Positions 49,990 through 60,669 of a DNA stretch of 64,000 nt are shown one piece after another (the first letter of the stretch is position 1; the number at the start of each line of letters is the position of its first letter). Source of the DNA: an uncultured bacterium (GTDB lineage: Bacteria; CAYUVA01); the NCBI GenBank assembly GCA_964448115.1, contig CAYUVA010000009.1, forward strand, positions 1-64,000. Reading direction: 5' to 3'. The translations under genes and the position numbers were made by a program. Below the pieces are notes generated by a model. It saw nothing but the letters and a program-made list of their open reading frames with translations. It did not search any database and had not been told where the DNA came from.

Positions 49990-52425
49990 ATGTACTTTGA
50001 TCGCTTCTCGGAGAGCGCCAGGAATGTAATTCTACTCGGTAGAGAAGAGGCTGAGAAACTAGGACATAACTATGTCGGCACCGAGCACTTGCTTCTGGGA
50101 CTTCTAAGGGAGAAGCGAGGTATCGTTCCAATCATTTTCCAGAATATAGGGATCGATATCGGCGATATGCGCCGCGAGATTGAAAGACGGATGACCAGAG
50201 GCATCGATTTCACCTCCTCTCGAAATATACCCTTCAGCCCCGGCGCAAAAAAGGTGCTCGAATATGCAATAGAGGAAGCAAAGACTGGAGGACAAAACTA
50301 TGTCGGCACCGAACATGTACTGCTGGCGCTCTCCAGAGATCAAGAAGGTATAGCTGGAGAGGTTCTAAGGCTCTTTGATATCAATCCTGAACTGCTTCAA
50401 CGAGAGATATTCAGCCTGATGACAAAAAGCAGCATGCACCAGAAGCGACGCAATAAAACGCCTACACTGGACAACTTCGGCAGAGACCTGACACAGATGG
50501 CACTGGAGGGGAAACTGGATCCGGTCATTGGCAGGGACGATGAAATAGAAAGAGTTATCCAGATCCTGAGTCGCAGAACAAAGAACAATCCGGTACTTAT
50601 AGGCGAGCCAGGTGTCGGTAAGACTGCAATCGTGGAGGGATTGGCACAGAAGATCGTAGATGGTGAGGTGCCGGAGATCCTGCTTGATAAACGAATTATC
50701 ATGCTCGACCTGGCTCATCTGGTCGCTGGCACCAAGTATCGCGGGCAATTCGAGGAAAGAATGCAACAGGTTCTAAAGGAGCTTAGGGAGACCGAGGATG
50801 TGATTATCTTTATCGATGAGCTGCATACCATCGTCGGCGCCGGCGCAGCAGAAGGATCTATGGATGCCTCAAATATGCTCAAACCAGCCCTATCTAGGGG
50901 CGAGATACAGTGCATCGGAGCAACTACCCTAAGCGAATATAGAAAGTACATAGAGAAAGATGGCGCACTGGAAAGAAGATTCCAAACCATAATGGTCCAA
51001 GCACCATCGGTAGAGGAAACCGTGGAGATTATCAAGGGGCTTAAGGCTAGATATGAGTCTCACCATAACGCAGAGATTACATACGAGGCTATCCTGGCTG
51101 CTGCCAGACTCTCTGACCAGTATATATGCGACCGGAACCTGCCGGATAAGGCTATCGATGTCATCGATGAGGCAGGCTCAAGAGCCAGATTGAATAGCAT
51201 GATCATCCCCGAGGAAATAAAGAACCTGGAAAAGAAGATCCAGAAATACTCGATGGCTAAGGAGATGGCTCGCAAGGATGGCAACTTCGAGAGAGCACAC
51301 AAGATGGGTGAGATCGAATATCGACTTCGCAACCAGTATGAATCGCTAAAACAAAGCTGGAGACAAAATCGAGCAAACGCAAAGGTCTTCGTAAACCAAG
51401 ATGACATCGCCTATATAGTCTCCAAGTGGACCGGAATCCCCCTTAGCAAACTGCAACAGGAAGATACTCTTAAGCTAATAAACATGGAAGAAGAACTTCA
51501 TAAATATATCGTAGGCCAACAGGAGGCTATACGGGAATTAGCCAGAGCTATTCGGCGATCCAGGGCCGGGATAAAGGACCCTCGAAGACCGATCGGCTCA
51601 TTTATTTTCGCCGGACCCTCCGGAGTTGGCAAGACCGAGCTTAGCCTTGCTCTTGCCAGGTATCTGTTCGGAAGCTCCGAAGCCTGCATTCGCATAGATA
51701 TGTCCGAGTACATGGAGAAGTTCAATGTCTCCAGGCTGATCGGCTCCCCGCCGGGATACATCGGCTATGAGGAGGGTGGACAGCTAACCGAAAAAGTAAG
51801 GCGCAGACCATACTCGGTGGTACTGCTCGACGAGATAGAAAAAGCACACCCCGATGTATTCAATATCCTTTTGCAGATGCTGGAGGATGGAAGGCTCACA
51901 GATAGCCTGGGTAGAAGGGTCGATTTCAGGAACACGGTTATCATCATGACCACCAACATCGGCGCTAAGACCATAATGAAGGGCAAAACCATGGGATTCT
52001 CCGCCCAGGCAGATGGCTTCTCATACCAAGACATGGTCAGAACTATCGATAATGAATTACGAAATCTATTCAGACCGGAGTTTCTAAATAGGGTGGATAA
52101 AAGGATCATCTTCCATCCCCTTTCAAAAGACGACCTTTTGAGTATAATTGACCTTCAGATCGCCGAGGTGAACCAAAGGCTCAAGCATGCGATGCTGAGC
52201 ATTGATATCTCGAACAAGGCGAAGATGTGGATACTTGAAAGGGCATATAGCCCAACATCAGGTGCTAGACCCATAAAAAGAACTATACAAAACCATATTG
52301 AAGACAGCATCGCAGAGAAGCTGCTTACCGGTGAACTAAACAAAGGCGCGGAGATCTTTATTGATGTTAAGGAAGAAAAGCTGCACTTCAGTGAGACCAA
52401 GGCAGATACAGTCGTCCCCTCGTAG
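49990..52425 (+). CDS. clpC: ATP-dependent Clp protease ATP-binding subunit ClpC
   Basis: Two Clp-N repeats, [11 protein letters not shown]-like M domain, [11 protein letters not shown] ClpP-docking loop. Confidence 0.94.
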   Translation: MYFDRFSESARNVILLGREEAEKLGHNYVGTEHLLLGLLREKRGIVPIIFQNIGIDIGDMRREIERRMTRGIDFTSSRNIPFSPGAKKVLEYAIEEAKTGGQNYVGTEHVLLALSRDQEGIAGEVLRLFDINPELLQREIFSLMTKSSMHQKRRNKTPTLDNFGRDLTQMALEGKLDPVIGRDDEIERVIQILSRRTKNNPVLIGEPGVGKTAIVEGLAQKIVDGEVPEILLDKRIIMLDLAHLVAGTKYRGQFEERMQQVLKELRETEDVIIFIDELHTIVGAGAAEGSMDASNMLKPALSRGEIQCIGATTLSEYRKYIEKDGALERRFQTIMVQAPSVEETVEIIKGLKARYESHHNAEITYEAILAAARLSDQYICDRNLPDKAIDVIDEAGSRARLNSMIIPEEIKNLEKKIQKYSMAKEMARKDGNFERAHKMGEIEYRLRNQYESLKQSWRQNRANAKVFVNQDDIAYIVSKWTGIPLSKLQQEDTLKLINMEEELHKYIVGQQEAIRELARAIRRSRAGIKDPRRPIGSFIFAGPSGVGKTELSLALARYLFGSSEACIRIDMSEYMEKFNVSRLIGSPPGYIGYEEGGQLTEKVRRRPYSVVLLDEIEKAHPDVFNILLQMLEDGRLTDSLGRRVDFRNTVIIMTTNIGAKTIMKGKTMGFSAQADGFSYQDMVRTIDNELRNLFRPEFLNRVDKRIIFHPLSKDDLLSIIDLQIAEVNQRLKHAMLSIDISNKAKMWILERAYSPTSGARPIKRTIQNHIEDSIAEKLLTGELNKGAEIFIDVKEEKLHFSETKADTVVPS

Positions 52426-52455
52426 TACACGGATTGTTCAACCCAAATCTCACCT

Positions 52456-54939
52456 ATGCCATTGAGATCGATTAGCCGTAAGCAAAACCGTACAATAGTC
52501 ATCATCGCCCTGCTGATACATATTCTAATCATGCAGGTTTATGCCGCTACTGGCGATCAAGAAAACATAATAAGCTCTATCGAGATCAAGGGTAATAACA
52601 TTATAAAGACCGAAACCATCCTTTTTATCATAAAATCCAAGATCAAAGAGCAGTTCTCATCAAAGAAGCTACGCAAGGATGTGGAGATGCTTTATAAAAC
52701 AGGCTTCTTCAAGGATATACAGGTTGAGGGAGAGCAGACCGCTAGCGGCGTTAACTTGACCATTATTGTCGAGGAAAAGCCGATCATCCGAGATGTAACC
52801 TTCAGCGGCAATAAACAGATGAGCGATGAAACCCTCAAGGAGAAGATTAGCCTTAAGAAGAACACCATCTACCGACCGGAAAAGGTGCAGGAGATCATCT
52901 CCTCGATAAAAGAAGAATATATAAAAAAAGGTTATAACTACGCAGAGATCGAACCTATCGCACATCAATACAACGAGGATGAGATAGTATTGGAGCTTAA
53001 GATCTTCGAAAACGCAAAAGTCCGCATCCGGGAGATCAAATTCACCGGCAATAGCGCCTTTAGCGATGACAAGCTTAAAGGTGTTTTAACAAAAACCGAG
53101 GAACACTGGTGGATGTCGTGGCTAACCGGTTCGGGAAAATATAGCAAAGAGAGACTAGAGGAGGATCTGGACCGGCTGAAGTCATTTTACGCGGATCGTG
53201 GATACGCAAAGATCAAGATCGGAGAGCCTATCGTTGAAATTAAGAATATCCCCAAGTCTAAAAAGCCGAAAAAAGCTGTATTTATCACCATCCCTCTCGA
53301 TGAAGGGGATAAATATAAGATCAAAGAGATCACCATCGCTCCCCGCAAGAATAGTGAAGAGGAACAGCCACAGGGCGCCGGTTTTGCAACCGAAAGCGGC
53401 ACCGGTAAGCTGGTCTTTGAGCAGAATTTATATAACAGGGCTATTGAGAATGCTAAAAAAACCAACATTTTCACCCGCACCATTTTCTCCGTTGGAGAGC
53501 AGAAGCTGGCGACTGGCCAGGCCTACAATGGTACTTTAGTGGAAAATGCCCGCACCAATATAATGGATATGTATCATAATCATGGCTATATCGATGCGGT
53601 TGTATATCCGCGACTCGGCTACGATGATCTAAATAAAACCGTGGCCGTGCAGTTCATCATCGATGAGGGATCCGGCAAGGCATATCTCAATAGGGTTGAG
53701 TTTAAGGGGAATAAAAGGACACGAGACAAGGTTCTGCGCCGCGAGATGGTGCTCGCCGAGCAGGATGTGTTTCGTGCAGATGACTTCAGGGCATCATTGG
53801 CAAGGATCTACTATCTTGGCTACATCGAAAATATCGTACCTGACATAAAAATAAACCGAGATGACCCGGACAAGCCGATGGTAGATGTATCCATCAGTCT
53901 GGAGGATCAACATCGCACAGAGCTTCAGTTCTCCGGGGGATGGAGCTCGGTGGATCGCTTTGTCTTCACCACCCGCCTAACCGAGCACAACCTGTTCGGC
54001 AAAGGGCAGGAGCTTAGCTTCTCAGCCACCATCGGCAAGGTTAGACAGTACTATAACATCTCCTTCGCCGAGCCATGGCTTTTCGACACCCCTACCTATG
54101 CTGGCGCTGGTATCTTCAACACGGTGCGAAACTTTAACAAGTTCGATGAAAAGGGAACCGGAGCAAACATATCATTAGGCAGAAGATTGACCTATAACCT
54201 GTCCATAAGAGCTCAATACGAGTATAAAATCGTCAACATCACCAATATTTCAAGAAGCCTGAAGGAGACCGAGGAGGAGAACCCGCAGGATCTCACCGAC
54301 TGGGAAAGAACCATCCTTGCCTCCGAGGGCAAGAGCAGAAATAGCGCAATGACCTTGTTTAGCATTCTTGACCGGCGGGATAATCGGCGCGATCCCACTA
54401 AGGGGAATAAGCTAGCCCTTACCTATGAGTTTGGCGGTGGAATGCTGGGGGGAAACAACCATTATTATAAGGTCAACTTTGATTACGCACATTACTTTCC
54501 CCTGTGGCGCAACATAGTCTTTGCCTTTCACCATGAGTTACAATATGCCGATACCTGGGGGAGTCATGACTTTCCGGTCTTCGAGAAGTATCGCATGGGG
54601 GGAGAGTATGATGTCAGAGGTACCGGCTGGGACACGATTGGTCCCTATGACAAGCATGGAGATACCACGGGTGGTAATAAGAGCCTCTTGTTTAACAGCG
54701 AGCTGATCTTTCCATTGGCAGGTCCGCTCAAGCTGGTCCTCTTTTTTGACGCCGGCGATCTCTATGACTTCGATGAAAAATATGATATTCGCACATTGAA
54801 CAAGACAGTGGGAACTGAGCTTCGTTTCTATATACCACAGTTCTGGGTTCCAATCCGATTTATCTGGGGATATAACCTCGATGCGCTATCCTTCCAGCCG
54901 CAGAGTGAGTTCCAGTTCGCCATCGGGACTATATTTTAA
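52456..54939 (+). CDS. bamA: Outer membrane protein assembly factor BamA
   Basis: POTRA repeats, GNKRTRDKVLRRE, NLFGKGQ, VRG loop, terminal FAIGTIF. Confidence 0.93.
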   Translation: MPLRSISRKQNRTIVIIALLIHILIMQVYAATGDQENIISSIEIKGNNIIKTETILFIIKSKIKEQFSSKKLRKDVEMLYKTGFFKDIQVEGEQTASGVNLTIIVEEKPIIRDVTFSGNKQMSDETLKEKISLKKNTIYRPEKVQEIISSIKEEYIKKGYNYAEIEPIAHQYNEDEIVLELKIFENAKVRIREIKFTGNSAFSDDKLKGVLTKTEEHWWMSWLTGSGKYSKERLEEDLDRLKSFYADRGYAKIKIGEPIVEIKNIPKSKKPKKAVFITIPLDEGDKYKIKEITIAPRKNSEEEQPQGAGFATESGTGKLVFEQNLYNRAIENAKKTNIFTRTIFSVGEQKLATGQAYNGTLVENARTNIMDMYHNHGYIDAVVYPRLGYDDLNKTVAVQFIIDEGSGKAYLNRVEFKGNKRTRDKVLRREMVLAEQDVFRADDFRASLARIYYLGYIENIVPDIKINRDDPDKPMVDVSISLEDQHRTELQFSGGWSSVDRFVFTTRLTEHNLFGKGQELSFSATIGKVRQYYNISFAEPWLFDTPTYAGAGIFNTVRNFNKFDEKGTGANISLGRRLTYNLSIRAQYEYKIVNITNISRSLKETEEENPQDLTDWERTILASEGKSRNSAMTLFSILDRRDNRRDPTKGNKLALTYEFGGGMLGGNNHYYKVNFDYAHYFPLWRNIVFAFHHELQYADTWGSHDFPVFEKYRMGGEYDVRGTGWDTIGPYDKHGDTTGGNKSLLFNSELIFPLAGPLKLVLFFDAGDLYDFDEKYDIRTLNKTVGTELRFYIPQFWVPIRFIWGYNLDALSFQPQSEFQFAIGTIF

Positions 54940-54961
54940 CCTTATGCGAAAAAAATTAGCT

Positions 54962-55240
54962 ATGAACCGCCGTGAATTGGAGAGAAAGCTCGCTGAGACC
55001 TCTGGTTGTAGCCTTGATGAATCAAAGATCATACTCGACACCATTCTTGAGGTTATCAGCCATGGGCTAAAAGACGGAAAAGTTATAGAACTTCGTGGGC
55101 TGGGAACATTTAAAACCGTGCAACGAGGGGGAAGAATGGGCATGAATCCTCGAAGTGGAAAAAGGTGCTATATCCCTCGCCGCAAGGGGGTATCGTTCAA
55201 GCTATCCCGGCTTCTGTTCGATAAACTGAATCGCGGTTAG
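54962..55240 (+). CDS. HU/IHF family DNA-binding protein
   Basis: MNRRELERKLA, IELRGLGTF, GMNPRSG, VSFKLS. Confidence 0.9.
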   Translation: MNRRELERKLAETSGCSLDESKIILDTILEVISHGLKDGKVIELRGLGTFKTVQRGGRMGMNPRSGKRCYIPRRKGVSFKLSRLLFDKLNRG

Positions 55241-55246
55241 TCGGAA

Positions 55247-57688
55247 TCAACCACACTTGTCCCAACCGCACTGCTCGCACACAACGCAGGTCTCTATATG
55301 AGACAGCTTACCCCCGCATAGCGGACACTGTGGGTTCAATCCTAGCTTGATCTGTGGCATCACATCATCTGCTGGAAGATACTTGGAGAGAATATATCCG
55401 ATGGCATCGGCGCAGCTATTTACTTTTCGTCCCTGTATAAAGACCTGCTCTGGGCATCGTATCCCCTGGAGCTGTTTGACTATGGAGCTAAGTTTTATGC
55501 CGGAGCGCAGCGCCAGTGAGGTTAGCCTTGCAATAGCCTCATTTTGAGAGGTTGCACATCCACCTGATTTTCCCATGCTGATGAAGACCTCAAATGGCTT
55601 ATCCTTGATGAGATTGATGGTTATATAAAGATTCCCGCAGCCGGTCTTTACTCGTTCGGTAATTCCATGCAGAGCCTCCGGCCTTGGCAATGGCTCGATG
55701 CCGTTTCCGAGAATTTCAGTAACATCTGGTTTATCTGCCTTTTTCTTTTGCGCCCTGTTTAGAACCTGCACCTCTCTGCTGCCATCGCGATAGACTGTCA
55801 AGCCCTTGCATTTTAGTTCATAAGCCATCAGGAATGCCTTTTTGATATCCTCTTTGGCAGTATCGTGTGGAAAGTTAATCGTCTTGGATACGGCATTGTC
55901 GGTATATTTTTGGAAGGCTGCCTGCATTTTTACATGCCACTCAGGGGTGATATCGTGAGATAGTACGCAGATTTTCTTGATCTGATCAGGAACCTCAGCG
56001 AACTCGGAGATCTGTTTCCCTTCCCCTAATTCTTCAAACATTTTGTGATTATAAAAGCCCTCTTGCTTAGCGATCTCTTTGAATGCTGAATTAACATCGA
56101 GCAATTCGTCTCCATCCAACACCTTTCTTATAAAAGCTAAGCCGAATAATGGCTCGATTCCGCTTGAGCAGCCGGCGATGATGCTGATGGTGCCAGTGGG
56201 GGCGATAGTAGTAGTGGTGGCATTGCGTAGCTTTGCTTGACCCTTCTTATGGTATTCGCTCTTGTTGAAATTGGGGAATGCGCCTCGCTTCTTTGCCAGC
56301 TCTTTACTTGCCTCTCGGGAGGTCTTTTGGATGTAAGCCATAAGGCAGCCACCAATCTTGACTGCCTCCTCAGAGTTATATGGAACCCGCAGCTTTAACA
56401 ATAGGTCAGCAAAGCCCATTACTCCCAAGCCGATCTTGCGGTTCTGCTTGGTCAGTTCCTCAATCTGCGGCAGAGGGTAGTTGTTCATATCGATAACATT
56501 GTCCAGGAAATGCACCGCATCATGCACCGTCTCTCTCAGAAGGTCATAGTCTATATCATAGCCTTGGTCTTTTTTCCTTGCCATGGCAGCTAAATTGATG
56601 CTGCCCAGGTTACAAGATTCATAAGGCATGAGAGGTTGCTCGCCGCATGGATTTGTGCTCTCGATCGCTCCTAACTTTATCAGCGGATTGCTCTTGTTGA
56701 TCTGGTCGATGAACACGATGCCCGGCTCACCGTTGCTCCAGGCACGATCGACTATCTCATCGAAGATCTTCTTCGCAGGTATAGATTCAGTAACCTCGCC
56801 GGTGAGAGGATTGATCAAATCAAAATTCTGCTCTTCCTTATATGCCTCCATAAACTTCTCGGTGATAGCTACCGATATATTGAAGTTATTCAGCCGGTCG
56901 TTTTCTTGCTTTGCCCTAATGAATTCAAGGATATCCGGGTGATCTACTCTCAAGATCGCCATATTGGCTCCTCGCCTGGTGCCACCTTGTTTAATGGTCT
57001 CAGTGGCGGCGTCAAACACGGTCATGAATGAGATAGGTCCGCTAGCGATCCCTTTTGTAGATTGGACCACCTCGTTCTTTGGCCTGATCCTGGAGAAAGA
57101 GAATCCAGTGCCCCCACCACTCTTGTGGATTAAAGCGGTGTTCTTGATCGCCTCAAAGATGCTCTCCATCGAGTCTTCAACAGGAAGTACGAAGCAGGCT
57201 GATAGCTGCTGTAGATTAGAGCCGGCGTTCATCAATGTCGGGCTATTGGGCATGAAGTAACGATTGGTCATCAGGTCATAAAACTTCTGAGCTGTTTTGT
57301 TGATATCCGCCTTGGGATCATAAACCTTATCCGCCTCGGCGATATTATTCGCCACCCTCCTGAACATCTCTTCAGGCGTCTCTATTGTCTTGCCGGTCTC
57401 ATCCTTGCGTAGATACCTCCTGATAAGCACGATCAGTGCATTCTCGGAAATACCGAGCCTTTCGGCGCTATCCAGGATCCTTGGATCCAGGTCTTCTTTC
57501 TTTATATTAATCATTACAGCCATTTCATTTTCCTGGGACTCCTCATTCTGGTTATCTTTACCCTCTACAAGCTGGTTTTTGGCATCAGCTTGTTGTCCAA
57601 GTTGCTGTTCGTCCCTTCCATTGCCGCCCTTGCTAGGCATCTTATCATCGTTGTTCTTTTTTATGTAAGACTCCTTGCTTACAGCCAT
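55247..57688 (-). CDS. nrdJ: Class II (B12-dependent) ribonucleotide reductase with C-terminal TSCPD/Zn-ribbon; start codon uncertain
   Basis: FMPNSPTL, LSACFV, TNPCGEQPL, TIAPTGTIS, YRDGSR, CPLCG..CEQCGWDKCG. Confidence 0.93.
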   Translation of the reverse strand: MAVSKESYIKKNNDDKMPSKGGNGRDEQQLGQQADAKNQLVEGKDNQNEESQENEMAVMINIKKEDLDPRILDSAERLGISENALIVLIRRYLRKDETGKTIETPEEMFRRVANNIAEADKVYDPKADINKTAQKFYDLMTNRYFMPNSPTLMNAGSNLQQLSACFVLPVEDSMESIFEAIKNTALIHKSGGGTGFSFSRIRPKNEVVQSTKGIASGPISFMTVFDAATETIKQGGTRRGANMAILRVDHPDILEFIRAKQENDRLNNFNISVAITEKFMEAYKEEQNFDLINPLTGEVTESIPAKKIFDEIVDRAWSNGEPGIVFIDQINKSNPLIKLGAIESTNPCGEQPLMPYESCNLGSINLAAMARKKDQGYDIDYDLLRETVHDAVHFLDNVIDMNNYPLPQIEELTKQNRKIGLGVMGFADLLLKLRVPYNSEEAVKIGGCLMAYIQKTSREASKELAKKRGAFPNFNKSEYHKKGQAKLRNATTTTIAPTGTISIIAGCSSGIEPLFGLAFIRKVLDGDELLDVNSAFKEIAKQEGFYNHKMFEELGEGKQISEFAEVPDQIKKICVLSHDITPEWHVKMQAAFQKYTDNAVSKTINFPHDTAKEDIKKAFLMAYELKCKGLTVYRDGSREVQVLNRAQKKKADKPDVTEILGNGIEPLPRPEALHGITERVKTGCGNLYITINLIKDKPFEVFISMGKSGGCATSQNEAIARLTSLALRSGIKLSSIVKQLQGIRCPEQVFIQGRKVNSCADAIGYILSKYLPADDVMPQIKLGLNPQCPLCGGKLSHIETCVVCEQCGWDKCG

Positions 57689-57780
57689 CTTCTTAACCTT
57701 CCCTTCAAGTTCTTGAGAGATGACTACTCCCTCTAGCGATAATTTCACCTGTCTTTATAAGCTGAGTATCTTTCTTTATA

Positions 57781-57827
57781 TACCCATATTTTGTGGATGT
57801 CAAGAGAAAAATAACAAGATATTGCGT
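57781..57827. promoter_or_regulatory. Tandem NrdR boxes flanking the nrdJ -35 element
   Basis: TACCCATATTTTGTGG (57781) and TAACAAGATATTGCGT (57812), 31 bp apart, with minus-strand TTGACA at 57798-57803 between them. Confidence 0.75.
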
Positions 57828-57961
57828 TTTTTGATCATCTTGGGCAATCCCACATATAAAGGGATCACGCTATGCAGTCATAAAACATTGAGCCTGTTAG
57901 TTTAATTTATTATTATCATAATCTGCTAGGTCAGTCCAAAACACCAGCGAGCAGGTTTGAT

Positions 57962-58417
57962 ATGAGAGCAGTAATACAAAGGGTTAAAAGAGCCGAGGTA
58001 AGGATAGATGGCCAAACTGTCGGCGCCATAGAGCATGGCCTGCTAGTGCTCTTGGGGGTCAAAAAAGGCGACACTATGGACGATGTGGACTACCTCGCTC
58101 GTAAGACCGCAGCCTTGCGGATATTCGATGACAAAGAGGGCAAGATGAACCTGTCGCTTGCGGATGTGGGTGGTAAGGTACTGGCTGTTAGCCAGTTCAC
58201 ACTCTATGGAGATACTAAAAAAGGAAACCGCCCTAGCTTCATAGAGGCTGCCAAGCATGAGCAGGCACAGGATCTCTATCGCAAGTTCGTTAAGAGACTG
58301 CGAATGGAGGGCATCGATGTGGAGACCGGCAGGTTTGCCGCTATTATGGAGGTGGAACTTATTAACCATGGACCTGTTACCATTATCATCGATAGCAAGC
58401 AGCGAACTAGTAAATAA
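57962..58417 (+). CDS. dtd: D-aminoacyl-tRNA deacylase
   Basis: [23 protein letters not shown]. Confidence 0.96.
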   Translation: MRAVIQRVKRAEVRIDGQTVGAIEHGLLVLLGVKKGDTMDDVDYLARKTAALRIFDDKEGKMNLSLADVGGKVLAVSQFTLYGDTKKGNRPSFIEAAKHEQAQDLYRKFVKRLRMEGIDVETGRFAAIMEVELINHGPVTIIIDSKQRTSK

Positions 58418-58433
58418 TTAAAGGAGAGATACA

Positions 58434-59066
58434 TTGCTTGTAAAGACATTCGAGGTGGGCGCGCTGGGAGTGAACTGCTACATAGCCACCTGTGATGAGA
58501 CAAAAGAATCGGTGATCATAGACCCCGGAGCCGATCCTTTGGTGATAACCAACTTCATTAGATCTAATAACCTTTCGGTAAAGTATGTGATCAATACACA
58601 TGGACACATAGATCACACTGGTGCCAATAAGGATATTCTCAACGAATTCCCCGTGCCCCTAGTTATCCATAAGGACGAGGTTGGAATGCTTAAGGTCGGA
58701 CACCTGACCCCCTTTGCAGTTATGATTGGAGCCAAAAGCTCCCCTCCACCAGGAATGCTGGTCAGTGAGGGTGATGTGATCACCTTTGGACAACAGGAGC
58801 TTGAGGTTCTTCATACTCCAGGACACTCGCCAGGTGGAATGTGTCTTTATTCAAGAAAAGATAGGATACTATTCTCCGGAGACACTCTATTTGCAATGGG
58901 CATAGGACGCACAGACCTGCCGGGTGGAAGTTACGAGTTACTCATGAGATCCATAACCGATAAGATATATACGCTGCCGGATGATGTGGTCGTTTATCCA
59001 GGTCATGGACCGGCTACCACTGTTGGCGATGAGAAAAGAAACAATCCCTGGATCAGGGATCAATAA
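58434..59066 (+). CDS. MBL-fold metallo-hydrolase (glyoxalase II-like)
   Basis: THGHIDH, HTPGHSPG, SGDTLF, GRTDLPGG, PGHG. Confidence 0.93.
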   Translation: MLVKTFEVGALGVNCYIATCDETKESVIIDPGADPLVITNFIRSNNLSVKYVINTHGHIDHTGANKDILNEFPVPLVIHKDEVGMLKVGHLTPFAVMIGAKSSPPPGMLVSEGDVITFGQQELEVLHTPGHSPGGMCLYSRKDRILFSGDTLFAMGIGRTDLPGGSYELLMRSITDKIYTLPDDVVVYPGHGPATTVGDEKRNNPWIRDQ

Positions 59067-59080
59067 GGACCCATCAAGAG

Positions 59081-60028
59081 ATGAACCAACCTAAGAGCCT
59101 TGTGGAAGAAGCCTTTGAGAAGGCTTTCAGGGCTTATTTTATATACCTTTCCGCTGAAAAGGGACTTGCGAAAAACACGGTTAATGCATACCGGCAAGAT
59201 CTGGAGAATTTCCTTGGGTTCTTGGATGAGAATTACCCTGGTTTTAAGATCGATCAGGTTGAACAGTCAACTATTATCTCCTTTATGGAGCATCAGAAGA
59301 AACAGGACAAGAGCATCTTAAGCATCATCCGCAGCCTAGTGAGCCTGCGCAGCTTTTTTGGCTATGCTGCCCTGGAAGGATTCATGCCAGCAGATATAAC
59401 TGCGAACATCGAATTCCCCTCCTTCTGGCACAAACTGCCCACTGTGCTAACCATTGAGGAGATGGATCGAATTCTTAGGGTGCCTGACATAAGCAAACCG
59501 ATCGGCTTAAGAGACCGCACAATTCTGGAGGTGCTTTATGCCACAGGGCTTAGGGTTTCGGAGCTGGTAAACCTGACCACCAACGATGTGAACCTTGATA
59601 TGGGATTTATCGCATGTCGAGGCAAGGGAGACAAGGAGCGCATCGTTCCATTGGGCGAGGCGGCTATCAACTGGATAAAGCGATATCTCAAGGAAGCGAG
59701 GATGCTGGTAAGCAGCAAACCGCTAGCAAAGCCACACTTGTTTATAAATCGTTGGGGTAATAGACTCAGTCGAGTTTGGGTTTGGAAGATGATCAAGCAT
59801 TGTGCGATTGTGGCTGGCATAGACAAGGAGATCTCCCCACATACATTCAGGCATACATTCGCAACCCACTTACTTTCCGGTGGCGCAAATCTTCGGGCAA
59901 TACAGGTCATGTTAGGACATGCGGATATCTCTTCTACGCAGATCTACACTCACATAACTGATGAGGACCTAAGAAAGACTTACGATGAGCGACATCCCAG
60001 GGCAAAGAAATTTCATGTTATGAAATAA
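59081..60028 (+). CDS. xerD: Site-specific tyrosine recombinase XerD
   Basis: LYATGLRVSEL, GKGDKERIVP, SPHTFRH, LGHADISSTQIYTH. Confidence 0.9.
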   Translation: MNQPKSLVEEAFEKAFRAYFIYLSAEKGLAKNTVNAYRQDLENFLGFLDENYPGFKIDQVEQSTIISFMEHQKKQDKSILSIIRSLVSLRSFFGYAALEGFMPADITANIEFPSFWHKLPTVLTIEEMDRILRVPDISKPIGLRDRTILEVLYATGLRVSELVNLTTNDVNLDMGFIACRGKGDKERIVPLGEAAINWIKRYLKEARMLVSSKPLAKPHLFINRWGNRLSRVWVWKMIKHCAIVAGIDKEISPHTFRHTFATHLLSGGANLRAIQVMLGHADISSTQIYTHITDEDLRKTYDERHPRAKKFHVMK

Positions 60029-60097
60029 ATGAAGGTAACTTGCAACCATAAATATTAACTCCATAAGTTAAAAGGATAAGGATTAAAAGTAAAGAAA

Positions 60098-60625
60098 ATG
60101 GCTATCTATGAGTTTGACCAAAAGAGACCCAAGTTTGGGAAGGATTGTTATGTCGCTGATGAGGCTACCATCATCGGTGGAGTTACCATCGGCGATGGTT
60201 GTTATGTTGGACCTGGAGCAGTGCTGCGAGGCGACTACGGCGATATTGTCATCGGCAGCAATTGTAGCATCGAGGAGAATGTCATGATCCACGCTCGTCC
60301 TTCTGAGATCTGCACAATCGGTGATCATGTAACTGTCGGACATGCCTGTATGATACACAACGCTAAGCATATTGGCGACTGGTGCGTGCTAGGCATGGCA
60401 AGCGTGATCAGCGACTGGGTGGTTCTGGGCAAGTGGGTGGTCGTTGCCGAGGGGGCAGTGGTTAAAAACAACACCAAGATACCTGATGAAAAGGTGATCG
60501 CCGGCATCCCTGCAAAGATAATCGCAGATGTAAAGCCTGAGTATATGAAGATCTGGGGAGAGTTCAAACGCATCTATGTCGAGCTTGCCCGCACATACAG
60601 GGATAGGCTTAAAAGGATTAAATGA
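60098..60625 (+). CDS. Gamma carbonic anhydrase family protein
   Basis: Hexapeptide repeats, VLRGD, VTVGH..IH. Confidence 0.9.
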   Translation: MAIYEFDQKRPKFGKDCYVADEATIIGGVTIGDGCYVGPGAVLRGDYGDIVIGSNCSIEENVMIHARPSEICTIGDHVTVGHACMIHNAKHIGDWCVLGMASVISDWVVLGKWVVVAEGAVVKNNTKIPDEKVIAGIPAKIIADVKPEYMKIWGEFKRIYVELARTYRDRLKRIK

Positions 60626-60669
60626 GAATGTTTATGTTTTGAAATAATAACCTTTGCTTGATTGAAGAT

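Noticed and set aside
48930-49990. Possible oriC in the long AT-rich intergenic region
   Set aside because: No cluster of DnaA boxes seen; the only perfect TTATCCACA I noticed lies inside thiM (~16810).
59081-60028. Tyrosine recombinase as a prophage or ICE integrase
   Set aside because: XerD-like size and motifs, embedded among housekeeping genes, with no att sites or cargo.
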